Source: Eledone cirrhosa (taxonomy: Eukaryota). Taken from it: DNA of 64,000 nt. A program made the translations under genes and the position numbers. The notes beneath the pieces were generated by a model. The model was given only the letters and a program-made list of their open reading frames with translations, was not told the origin of the DNA and did no database searches. Location: NCBI GenBank assembly GCA_964016885.1, contig OZ024758.1, forward strand, positions 28,334,001-28,398,000, read 5' to 3'. This document shows positions 27,122 to 38,020 of this stretch, piece after piece; the first letter of the stretch is position 1; every line of letters starts with the position of its first letter.

Positions 27122-29742
27122 GATTACTCTTCCCAGTTAAAACTAAACTAATTTGTTCGAGACTGATTATATTATTAAACATATGAATTGGTCTCCAAAT
27201 TTAAATCACGATTATATATCATTGCTGGTGGTAATATTATCATTATAATCGTCATCATCATCATCATCGTCTTCACCAACACTACCATCATCATTATTAT
27301 TATTATAAAATAGCTATCATTATTATTGCTAAATGTCATCGTTGAAAAGTGATAGCTGCAGATGTGGTGAATATGTTTACAATGATAATTATAAGAACAA
27401 TTATTTTGGCTGTTATTGTTTGTTGCTGCTGATCAAACATTGAATGTATCAATCTCTTTCCATTTCATAAATACTTAATTGAATAAATCTACTTAAATCC
27501 TTCCTTCAATTTTAAGGTATTTTAAGGTATTTTAATTAAACTTCAGACGAATTGATGTTAAAGTAGTGTTGAAAACATTAAGGTTAATTAAATGATTAAA
27601 GAAAGTAAAATATAAAAAGACAAAGGAAATGGAACAAAGAATGTTGATATATTGGGTTTATTGAGCAAATAAAATTAGGATTGATATACAATCAAAAATA
27701 AAATTTAACAATTATGAATCTATAACTTGAACCTAATGATAGGGTTGGGAAGTTAGCCTTGAGTTAAATGAATATCACAGTACAGAAAGCCAAAATGATT
27801 TTATTTCTATCTGAATAAAATAAAACCAAAGTACAAGTAATTTCAAATTTTAAGATTAGATAGTAAATATCAATAAGCGAAAACTGTTGATAAAGTAAAT
27901 ACTTTGATCATTGAGATTTAATTTGTAACTATACAATCCCAATAGCATAATTGGTTGTTTCTCAAATAATTCTATTCTAATTCAATCATTATCACTTATT
28001 AATAAGAACTATCACTTAAATTATAAAGTCATATTAGATATTGAAACCAAAACAGTAATATGAAAAAACAATTTTAAATGATTTATTTTCAAAGATTAAA
28101 AAATAAAACCCCAGTAAAATTTCATATTTAATTAAAGAAAAAATTATATAATAATATCTTGCATGCAAAATACAAATAAAATTCTCTCCTATTTGGTTAT
28201 TTTGTATAAGAAACAACAGGTATTTTAGTAACAGAGTTTGCATGCTTTCCAAACAACTTTACAACATGAATATATAATCAGTAATATATAATGCAAGAAT
28301 TAAACAACTTACAGCATAAATATGTAAATATGGAATGTATTTAGTCAATTGTTATGGTAAAAGAAAAAAATGAACAATTTAATATGCACATTTCACATGA
28401 ACATTTTTTCCTTGGAATAAATGTTTGAATTAACCACAGGACAACCCCCAAAGAAATCAAATAACAGACTATAAAAATGAAACCAATGACAGGCAGTAAA
28501 ATACCAACATAACCAATAACGGTTATGTTTATAATTTTAAAAAGTTAGTAAACTAATTTATTACAAAGATTTCCCTTTGTTTTAGTTTAGAAGTTATTTA
28601 TTAATCAGCAAGAGACTAATTGTCAAAAGGCAATAGCTAGTAGAAGTATTGAAGGTGATGTAGTATAGAAATCACCTGAATATAAAATCTTAACAAATAA
28701 GAAAAGATTGACATAACTCCTAGTTATACTATTTAGTATTGCTTTATGATATTGGTATCTAGTGAGATAGTATAAAATCGAAGTTTATTTCAAAGTTATA
28801 ATAATTAAAAAATAAAGGAGCAAAATTCCTGGAAAACATTTGAAGGCTATAAGGATCTATTTCTATTAAAGTTTTATTAAAATTTGAAAGCTCATATTAA
28901 AATAGCTAAATTTACACAACATTAAGCTCATCATAAAATAACATATTTAAAAAAAAAGGAGGAAAATGCCTCAACAGCTGGATCAATGAGCTCTGAGATA
29001 ATAGTAATAAAATGAAACTACAAAGGACATATTTCACTTTTCATAGTGAAGTAATGATACCTGAAGATACTTTTATATCTTAGGTATAATTGATTTTAGC
29101 ATTATTGCATCATTTATAGCCATATGAATAATATTAATGACCACTGCTTTGTTCAGTGTGAAAAGATGCTGCAGAGAAGACCACATATTGTTGGTACAGG
29201 ATCTAGCATTTTAGATGAACAAAGTAGTGATATTATATCAAAAGTTTCCAAAAGCTCTTTTATTAGTAGAACCAGGAATAAGTGGTTAGGTATAAAATTT
29301 TAATACCACCTACTACTAGTACAACAATACTATTATATAATTTTAGTTCCAGTAGAAAGGTAATATGGATGAACACTATCATGCCAATCATGAAAAGAAA
29401 TCAGTATTAAAATAATAAAAACAATGAATTGTAATTGCAAATATTTCTTACAGAAATCAATGAATGAAAGACATAACTCTATAGATAAATTCTTGGGTTC
29501 TGTTGCACAAAAACTCATGTAGCAAGCATGCATACCAGAATGTGAAACAACTTACACTGGATCTAGTGCTGATACAAACAGAAAGACAGTATCATTTGTG
29601 GATACTGCTATTTGGTTGGCAGAAAAACAACTGCCTAAATACTAGTTTTGTATTAAATTAAAGACTAAAAACTGTAGTATCTTTACGGAATGATGTCGTA
29701 ATAGAAATGTATATCAAAACACAATCTCCATTAGATATCTGT

Positions 29743-29829
29743 TTAGTCAGATTCTTCTTCTCCACTTGTCATAAAACGTCCTCGCAGTCCACTGTCTGAC
29801 TGGGTTACGGATTGAGTGGCCTCCTCTAC
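29743..29829 (-). CDS. CADPS: CAPS/CADPS terminal coding exon, VEEATQSVTQSDSGLRGRFMTSGEEESD*
   Basis: cttctcag acceptor, TAA stop at 29745-29743. Matches the CADPS C-terminus VEEATASVSEGGGLQG plus acidic tail. Confidence 0.93.
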   Translation of the reverse strand, partial: VEEATQSVTQSDSGLRGRFMTSGEEESD

Positions 29830-31658
29830 CTGAGAAGTAAACAAATAATACAGATATGTGACTTTTCAGTATTTAATTCCTCTTTATACAAACCAAATTT
29901 TTATTATCAATAAATTACAAACATTTATTTCATGAATACAATAAACAAGGAAACCCCTCAGCATCATGTAAGTGTTTCATGATCCTGGCAGACAAAATGA
30001 GGAATGTGTTAGCCTAAAAGATAGGAAGGGAGATGTACTGAAAGAGCTTGTCTATGTCGCAGAAATTCTTCTAGTGAATTGTCATATCTTTCTTAACTGA
30101 ACTGAGTAAGAAAGTAGTTTGGTGGCCCAGAACTCCAGATGTTTCTACCACTATATGTTTGACAAGAAACTTATCAGATAGCAGCTGGTATTTTGTCAGA
30201 TTGCAGTCTTCAGCCTGTATCTAGGCGTGGTAACAATATCACCAGGTTCCCACAGGAGTAGGTACTGTTGCATGTCACATCGATTTACTGGTGTGGAAAG
30301 AAAGTATTGTGAGGCCATTTAATTTAATCAGTCAGTTTCAGCTGCGATAGAAACCAGCTGCTTCCTTTTGTGGGAAAAATGCTTGTTTTATATTTTTTAA
30401 TATTTAGAAATATCCAATAGTTAAAATCTAGCTAATTATGCTATGAAAATCATTCAATAAATATAAGACAGAGTAAAAATAAAGTACTGATACAATTTTT
30501 GTGCAGTTCTTTGACACCTCAAGCTTTTGATGTAGAATTAGTAGTCGATTTAAAAAAACAAAACAAAATAAAACAAAAAACAAAGCAACAACAACAACAA
30601 CAACAATTGTCTAAATTTTGAAATAAATATAAATTTTTATAATAATAAACCAGATTGATCTATAAGAATAGAGGCTAAATATGAGCTGCTAAAAGAGCTG
30701 TCTGAATAAAGGAAAGGTGGAGAAAAGATTGTATTTAATTAAACTGTTTATCTATTTGTTGATTATGATACTACTCCTTCATACTGGTCTTCTAATAGTT
30801 GATGAGGGGATTAATATGTAAAAAAACGGAATCAATTGTCAAGATCCCAGACCTTTTTTGCTTACCGAGTGGGGTGGAGCCCATGAAGTTGGACCAAGGA
30901 AGCAATGTTTCCATTGGTCTTTCCATTGCTGATACTATCTACCAGTCACAAATCCTTGCAGAAGGAGCAATGTGAAATAAAGTGTCATACTCAAGGACAT
31001 AAATGCATCACCCGGTCCCGAAATTGAATTTGCAGCCTCACAATTGTGAATCCAATTCTCTAACCACCAAGCCAGGTGCTTACACTTAATATAGTGGCTA
31101 TCAATATTTGTTAGCCTTAGACAGTTTGCGATCCTTTGATAGAAAGCATCAAGAACTAGATCTTTCTAGCATTGGTTGATCTTTACAATATCATTCTGGT
31201 ATATTCAGTTGTGGATTAGCAGAGAGCTAGGGCAGTTGAAGTTTGAAAACTTGCACCCCATCTTGTATTTGTGAGATTTTTGACAAAATCCTAAAGTTGA
31301 GGCAGTGATGAAGGGTGGCACTTAAATATAATAGTACATATTGAAAAAGAACATTCTAGACCATGTCACATAGAGTTAGCACTTTCTTTCATAGTTTCTT
31401 AGATAAAAAAGACATATTTCTAACTTAGATATTTTACTATGTATCTTAACATCGTGGTTAGTCATTGGAATAGATTTTGGAAAGTATGGGATCAAGCATA
31501 CTGCCTTAAGTCAGACCATTCTTCAACCTACACCAACCATTTTATTTACCACCCAACTCCACAAAGAACAGAACAAATTCAATCAACTTCTCTTTGGTAA
31601 TTTTCAATATCCTGCTATATTCCCTTATATATACTGTCTATGTTATCAAAAATTTAGT

Positions 31659-31707
31659 CTTATCTGAAGGCCTTATGAGTGTGTAGGTGAAACTCCAGAG
31701 TAACAAG
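31659..31707 (+). ncRNA. Degenerate hammerhead motif
   Basis: CTTAT CTGAAGG cct..aggt GAAA CTCCAGAG TA ACAAG; core A9 altered and one stem I mismatch. Confidence 0.55.
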
Positions 31708-31880
31708 GATCACCACCTGAAAATATAATGATCCTCAGAAGACAGCTGATGACTGGGAATGGCCCTTCTGCGTGTCTCTTCTGAGTTTTCTGTTTCCTAT
31801 ATTTCTTCATGTTTTTTTAATTTTTTAAATGTTATTCTCATTATAACCATACAGCCTAATTAATATATATATATATATAT

Positions 31881-32214
31881 ATCATCATCATTTTACGTCC
31901 ACTTTTCCCTGCTTGCAAGGGTGGGACGGGAACTGATTCTTGCTTGATTTCTACAGCTGGATGCCCTTCCTAACACCAACCTCATTTACAGTGAGTGTTG
32001 GGTGCTTTTTTGCCGTGGCACCTCCACGACCACTTTGCAGTGGAATGATAGGGAGCCCAGTCCCTATCATCTCATTTCTACAGCTGAGCAAACTGGAGCA
32101 AAGTGAAATAAAGTGTCTGGCTCAAGGAAACAACACATCACCCGGTCTGAGAATTGAACTCACAACCTTTTGATTGCAAGGCCAATGCTCTAACCACTAA
32201 GCCATGTGCCTCCA
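31881..32214 (-). mobile_element. SINE family B, inserted in (TA)n
   Basis: Reverse complement of 47906-48238. Confidence 0.88.
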
Positions 32215-32242
32215 TATATATATATATAAATAATTACAACAG

Positions 32243-32303
32243 TGACATAAATAGGTACTTAAGCTTTTTTGGGTTATAGACCCCCAACTCCTTCAGCCTG
32301 TCA
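32243..32303 (-). ncRNA. Degenerate hammerhead motif between (TA)n tracts
   Basis: Minus strand: TGACAGG CTGAAGG ..GGG..CCC.. aaag CTTAAG TA CCT..TGTCA. Palindromic CTTAAG, but both core strands are mutated. Confidence 0.45.
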
Positions 32304-32588
32304 TAATAAAAAATAAAATATATATATATATATATATATATATTGAAAGAGTGAAGAATAACATGGTCAACAGTACAAAAAAGGGTTTTATTTACAGTAT
32401 TTATTTACAGTATTACCTATAACGATATTTTGTTATCCCTTATATATATATATATATATATAATGTAGGAGGTGAGTTTTATTGTAGCACAATAAAGCAA
32501 TGCAGATATCGGATAAGAAGCACTCTACAGTTTGTAGGACTGGAGTATGCATAATATAAGATCAAAAGATGGTTAAAGGAGTTCCATG

Positions 32589-32659
32589 TATTTTATTATG
32601 CGCATTTCAAAAACAAACATCATCATGCAATAATATTTGTGTTTTCATCAGATAAAACA
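32589..32659 (-). ncRNA. Mirror copy of the hammerhead motif in the left palindrome arm
   Basis: Exact reverse complement of 32786-32856. Confidence 0.85.
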
Positions 32660-32785
32660 GGAGAACATGATATGGAGGCTAAAAAACACTTGTGGATAGT
32701 GCAGTTTTAAATCAACATATCATGATATGTTGATTTAAAACTGCACTATCCACAAGTGTTTTTTAGCCTCCATATCATGTTCTCC

Positions 32786-32856
32786 TGTTTTATCTGATGA
32801 AAACACAAATATTATTGCATGATGATGTTTGTTTTTGAAATGCGCATAATAAAATA
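32786..32856 (+). ncRNA. Type I minimal hammerhead motif in the right arm of the 344-bp palindrome
   Basis: TTTTAT CTGATGA [long stem II] GAAA TGCGCA TA ATAAAA; palindromic helix III ATGCGCAT. Confidence 0.85.
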
Positions 32857-32886
32857 CATGGAACTCCTTTAACCATCTTTTGATCT

Positions 32887-32922
<36 letters not shown>

Positions 32923-32926
<4 letters not shown>

Positions 32927-33195
32927 TCATCATTATCATCACCATTTTACATCCATACTTCCATGGTAACATGGGTTAGACAGGTTGTCCTGTTGTGGGC
33001 AATGCCAACCTCGTTTACAGTGAGTACTGGGTGCTTTTTTACCGTGGCACCTACACGACCACTTTACAGTGGGAGGGGGTGGGGACATATAGTCTATATG
33101 CTTCAGCTTGTACCCGTGGGAAGTCGAGTCTTCTGAGAGGTGCAATTGGGCAAGGTCAGCTTTTATCACCTTTTCCCATGTGTTGGGTCTCCCCA
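32923..33195 (-). mobile_element. RTE-like LINE 3' end with 3' UTR (related fragment 36928-37150)
   Basis: GRPNTWEKVIKADL frame, then the tail shared with SINE family B and (GAT)n. Confidence 0.7.
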
Positions 33196-33357
33196 CTTAA
33201 TATATAGATGCATATGACCACGTTGAGAAAAATACTTTGGTAAGCAATTTTCCATATTTATTTTTGTTTGCACATTGATTCACACAAACAAATTTTAACC
33301 AGACATATCTTTGTATATCTATATATATCTATATATCTATACAATATCTATATATCT

Positions 33358-33394
<37 letters not shown>

Positions 33395-33481
33395 CAGAAG
33401 GGTTATTCAAATTGTTGGTAATTCAACAAATATAAATGTTTATAACTGATTCAGAGCTCTCAACAAGTTTTCTGGAGTATA

Positions 33482-33682
33482 ATATACAATGATATTAAAT
33501 AAATGGAAACTATATTTATAAAACCATATTTATTCCATTATATATATTTCGAAATTTATAAAGCACACTTCGTATTTTATCTGATGATAGTGTACCAAAA
33601 TGTTGGTATCCTTGAAATATATATAATAGAATAAATATGGCTTTATAAATATAGTTTCCATTTATTTAATATCATTGTATAT
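33482..33682. repeat. Inverted repeat, 69-bp arms, 63-bp spacer
   Basis: 33482-33550 versus 33614-33682, two mismatches. Confidence 0.9.
33573..33633 (+). ncRNA. Type I minimal hammerhead motif
   Basis: TATTTTAT CTGATGA ..TACCAA-aatg-TTGGTA.. GAAA TATATA TA ATAGAATA. Confidence 0.8.
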
Positions 33683-34030
33683 ATATATCATCATCATCAT
33701 CAACGTTTAACGTCCGTGTCCACGCTTGCATGGGTTTGGACGGGGGTAGTCCCACTTGAGGCAAGAGTGATTGTCTTGCTCGCATAGGACTGTCTGGCAG
33801 GTTTTCTACAGTTGGATGCCCTATATACACAATTAAGTTAAAAATGTACATCTACATATGCATACTGAAATACTAGTATGCATATGAATACACACACGTA
33901 TACATATGTAGATGTACCAAGTCTTTCACTGGTTACTTTACTGTGAGTAATCCAGCTATTCTGTATGTAAACACATAGACAAACCGGTTTTTAGAGTCAT
34001 ACTGGTTTTCGAGGAAACACCTTTCCTCTA

Positions 34031-34124
34031 TTCTCCAGAAAGCCAGACAAGGAATATTGAACTAGTTTCGTTGTTGTTACAACTCATCAGCAATATTTAC
34101 CTATCTACCGGCCTTTCTGGAGAA
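34031..34124 (-). ncRNA. Type I hammerhead ribozyme motif, intact core, extended stem I
   Basis: Minus strand: AATATTG CTGATGA GTTGT-AACA-ACAAC GAAA CTAG TT CAATATT. Palindromic ACTAGT helix III, GUU site. Distal helix TTCTCCAGAAAG / CTTTCTGGAGAA. Confidence 0.9.
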
Positions 34125-34264
34125 TCGTAAAAGCACATATCGTTATATGCTTTTTCTATGAAAATTAGTAGTGGGCAGACTAATTTGCATAGAGTGTGAG
34201 TACGTACCGGTTCAACGGAGACGATAAAAACAAATAACGAAACGAAATTAAATTTTGTTTCGTT

Positions 34265-34310
<46 letters not shown>

Positions 34311-34314
<4 letters not shown>

Positions 34315-34670
34315 CGAAACATAAGTCAATTGCATGAACTGATAATCCTTTATTTACTGCTATATATATTTCGATGATAGCCATTGAATGGCTATGACCT
34401 CATCAGGCAGTTAGTCAGTTCTTAGATATGCCAGCTCTGTGTTTATAGTGTTGATGGTATCAGAGCCTTGGGACATATGAGCTTGTTAGGAATAATTTAA
34501 TGTTGTCAGCAGGAATAGTCTTGATTCTCATTGGTCAGTTTGTAGATGGTAGTAGGGTTGGTATTTGATCTCAAAGAGGCAGGTGATGTTGTAAAGTTCA
34601 AACCGTCAGGCAAGATGACAATAGTTCCATATGACTGATTTTCACAAAACGCATTCCTGGTCAGACATAT
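34311..34670 (-). mobile_element. 3' remnant of a Penelope-like element
   Basis: Minus-strand ILPDGLN (~34610-34590) resembles the P.GLN end of PLE GIY-YIG endonucleases. It is followed by a hammerhead, AATAAA and (TA)n. Confidence 0.6.
34336..34421 (-). ncRNA. Type I minimal hammerhead ribozyme motif, intact core
   Basis: Minus strand: ACTGC CTGATGA ggtcATAGCCAT-tca-ATGGCTATcatc GAAA TATATA TA GCAGT. Distal helix GAACTGA/TCAGTTC, with AATAAA in the internal loop. Confidence 0.85.
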
Positions 34671-34682
34671 ATTCAATATATA

Positions 34683-34890
34683 TATATTCAGGTCATTACT
34701 TCAATTGGACCATAGCATGTATGTACGTTTCGTTCATTGTTGAGCATCAACTTGTTTGACTTGTTCTATCTGTGCTGATCAAAATGAATCACTTCTTTTT
34801 CATCAGCATGGATTGAACAAATTGATTATCAATGATCAAAGAAACATACATACCTGCTATGGTGCCATTGTAGTACTGATCTGCATATTT
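34683..34890. repeat. Old imperfect inverted repeat, ~95-bp arms
   Basis: ACCATAGCATGTATGTA..TTGTTCTATCTGTGCTGAT versus ATCAGCATGGATTGAACAA..ACATACATACCTGCTATGGT. Confidence 0.7.
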
Positions 34891-34952
34891 ATATTCAAAC
34901 TCGCCCTACAGCTTTGATTTGCTCTACATCCTGGATTTTTATATACCTCCTC

Positions 34953-34983
<31 letters not shown>

Positions 34984-35083
34984 ATAAGGGAATGAGCGAA
35001 GGCTTCCAAAGCATTATCTTTGTCCATTCCCTTGCCGTTTTAGATTGGATTGCCTCAAGAATGAAACCTTATTATGTAATGAA

Positions 35084-35158
35084 GTTGTCTGATGAGATCA
35101 CGACATTGGTTCTGTGGAATAACGTGACCCCTGTCACCATTGAAATATGTAACACGAC
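35084..35158 (+). ncRNA. Degenerate hammerhead motif
   Basis: GTTGT CTGATGA ... GAAA TATGTA AC ACGAC; the conserved U before the cleavage base is replaced by A. Followed by AATAAA and then TA repeats. Confidence 0.6.
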
Positions 35159-35293
35159 CTTATCAATAAAGGACTTTAACATCTACAACTACTTCACATT
35201 TTCTTATATATATATAACGAAGGAATTGTGGTAAGGAACCAGATGGACCATAATGCACCAGAGTACTCAATACTTAGAGTAGTAGAGTGGCTA

Positions 35294-35411
35294 ATAGGAA
35301 AAGGTATGACCCCGACGGCAGAGCTCAAGCCGTTTCGACGGCTATTTCTGGACGCAGAAATAGCCGTTGAAACGGCTTGAGCTCTGCCGTCGGGGTCATA
35401 CCTTTTCCTAT
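35294..35411. repeat. GC-rich hairpin, 57-bp arms, GACG loop, containing the 3' half of a hammerhead
   Basis: One mismatch, at a CpG. Right arm reads GAAAC GGC-ttgagctct-GCC GTC GGGGTCA. Followed by (TA)n. Confidence 0.9.
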
Positions 35412-35599
35412 ATATATATATATATATACTATTAATGAAATAAATGTTTGCCAAGACATGAAATGTTGAAAAGCAACACTTGATATCTTTTGAATAACCA
35501 GGATAACTATCACAAACTTTCATATTAATAATAAAGCTCACTTGTACACCTGTTCATATACATTCCAATAAATATACATTTTATGAAAATATATTTTAC

Positions 35600-35686
35600 C
35601 TGAAGTCGACTGCATATTGTTTGATATGTTTTACTATTGAGAGTTGTTTCTGGTACACCTTGCAGTTCAAAATCAGAATAGTATTT
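35600..35686 (-). CDS. CADPS: CAPS/CADPS coding exon, KYYSDFELQGVPETTLNSKTYQTICSRLQ
   Basis: cttttttag-type acceptor / gtaaaa, 87 nt. Matches CADPS [29 protein letters not shown]. Confidence 0.96.
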
Positions 35687-36092
35687 CTAAAAAGATAATA
35701 AAATTTGACATACATAGATATTTTATTTCATAGCTATTTTAGGTTTCAAACTGAATAATAGTTTATCAATATCAAATTCATTTACGAATTCATAAAAACC
35801 CACAACGGGATTGTCACCACCACCACCACCACCACCACCACCACCAAAACAGGGGTTAGCTTTGCGGGCCCCATGGCAAACTTCATTTTCCCCGATCGTC
35901 TGCATCCCTTCACAAAACCCTTCGATTTTATTCCCTCCAGTCATTTTAACCACAGCTTTCTTGGTCTTCCCATTCCTCTACTTCCTTCCTACATCAATCC
36001 TCTCATCCTATCACTTTTATCCTTTCTCAATGCATGAATCCATCCATCTCATTCAATTTCTCTTCAATTCATCAGAAAGTTAGATTACATAC

Positions 36093-36197
36093 CTTGTTAA
36101 TATTCATAATACATGTTAATTGGTAGGGATGAAGACTCAAGTCTAAACGTTCGGTGAGCCAATCACATATCAATTTAGTTTGTCCTGTGTACCATTG
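36093..36197 (-). CDS. CADPS: CAPS/CADPS coding exon, QWYTGQTKLICDWLTERLDLSLHPYQLTCIMNINK
   Basis: gttccag / gtatgt, 105 nt. Matches CADPS [35 protein letters not shown]. Confidence 0.96.
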
Positions 36198-38020
36198 CTG
36201 GAACATAAAATACATATTTATTGAGCAAAAGGATTACAACATGATTTAACGTGAAATGTAAATTATACAAGTTTTCCTATTAGTCCTATTTGTGGAAGTG
36301 CATGGCCTAGTGGTAAGGGTGTTGGACTTACGACCTTGCTGTGGGTTCAATTTCTGGGCTGGATTATATGTTGCATTCTTGAGCAAAACACTTCATTTCA
36401 TATTGCTCCAGTATACATAGCTGAAAATGAGTACCAGTGATAGCTGGGGGGTTTAACAATGTGATGGACTGGTGTCCTGTACTCTCAGTCACTTTATGCC
36501 ATGAAACTGGGATAAACACTGGCCTAATGAGCCCTCTGGCTTAAGACAGACCTCAGACTTTTTTAGACCCATTTGTAAATCTAGCAAAAAGGAAACAAGT
36601 TTGTAAAATTGTACTCCTTCATCAGCCCTTATTTTAAAGTTAAACTTAATTTCTGTTTGAATATTATATGCTTTTAATGTTTTGTCAGGGAAGCAAGGGC
36701 AATGCCCAGAACATTTTTCAGGGTCTCTGAGACTTGTGTGAAAGAGAGAGAGAGAGAGAGAAGAAAGTATCTTCAGACCTTAACCCTGACTTGAATTCTT
36801 GCAACAGAGAGAGAGAGAGAGAGAGAGAGAAGAGCTTCATTAAATACATCCAATGACCAGATTTTAAACAAGGTAACAAATTATCATATATACTCGAATA
36901 TAAGCTGCCCATGTCTTGCTCACACATAACTGATTTTGGCTTGATTTCTACAGCTGGATGCCATTCCTAACACCAACCTCATTTACAGTGAGTACTGGGT
37001 GCTTTTTTGTTGTGGCACCTACACAACCACTTTACAGTGGGTGGGTGTGGGGGCATACTGTCTATATGCTTCAGCATCGGCTTGAACTTGTGGGAAGTCG
37101 GGTCTTCTTCATTACTATGAACGCCAGAGATCTCGGTGCTCTGTCATCACCATTCTATCTGATGTTCTAACGACTCTGCCAATTCGCTGCCTTTGTACCA
37201 TTTACTAAGAATAAAAATAGATTAACCCTTTAATGTTCAAACCGGCCAAAACCGGCCAGAATTCTCTACCTTTTTCTGTTGAAACTGGCTGTAACTGGTC
37301 ACTCAAACTGATGTTAAGGTATTGTTCTCAAAATAAATACTTTCAAAATCTCATATTTGATATTATGTGAGATAATTATGTGACAAAACATTTACCACGA
37401 AAATATAATAGTTTATATAGAGTAATGTAAATGTTATGTGAGATATTATGTGAGGTAAAGCCTTTACTGTGAAAATACAATAGTATATATAGAGTAATGT
37501 AAATGTTATGTGAGATATTATGTGAGGTAAAGCCTTTACTGTGAAAATACAATAGTATATATAGAGTAATGTAAATGCTATGCGAGATATTATGTGAGGT
37601 AAAGCCTTTACCATGTAAATATAATAGTATATATAGAGTAATGTAAATGTTATGTGAGATATTATGTGAGGTAAAGCCTTTACCATGAAAATACAATAGT
37701 ATATATAGAGTAATGTAAATGTTATGCGAGATATTATGTGAGGTAAAGCCTTTACCATGAAAATATAATAGTATATATAGAGTGGTTTCTTTATTTGCCA
37801 CTAGGGCACAAAAGGTAGGGACAGATACAAGGGGGGAAGTTTACATATAATTAACGAGTACAAAAATATAACAATGAAATAACAACAACAAACGAAGTCC
37901 TCAATAGGGAGGGGGCATTAACATGGGTCGCACACACCCCGGAAAAAATGTGTAACCCTTCTCCTCAGGAGCACAAAGAGTAGGTGCTTCCCTCGTCTCC
38001 TCTTTTTCCTCTTCTTTCAC

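Larger units (their letters stand above)
13380..29742 (-). other. Putative very long 3' UTR of CAPS
   Basis: No coding signal, U-rich on the minus strand and relatively TE-poor. Distal AATAAA at 13401-13396 is followed by a U/GU-rich tract. Many closer AATAAA also exist. Confidence 0.35.
32551..32894. repeat. Perfect 344-bp spacerless palindrome
   Basis: 172-bp arms centred on CA|TG at 32722/32723; no mismatch seen by eye. Confidence 0.95.

Noticed and set aside
31728-31785. SECIS-like or second-ribozyme hairpin after the degenerate hammerhead
   Set aside because: Could not place a proper UGAN/NGAN quartet with apical AA, and there is no GAAA after CTGATGA. A SECIS covariance search would settle it.
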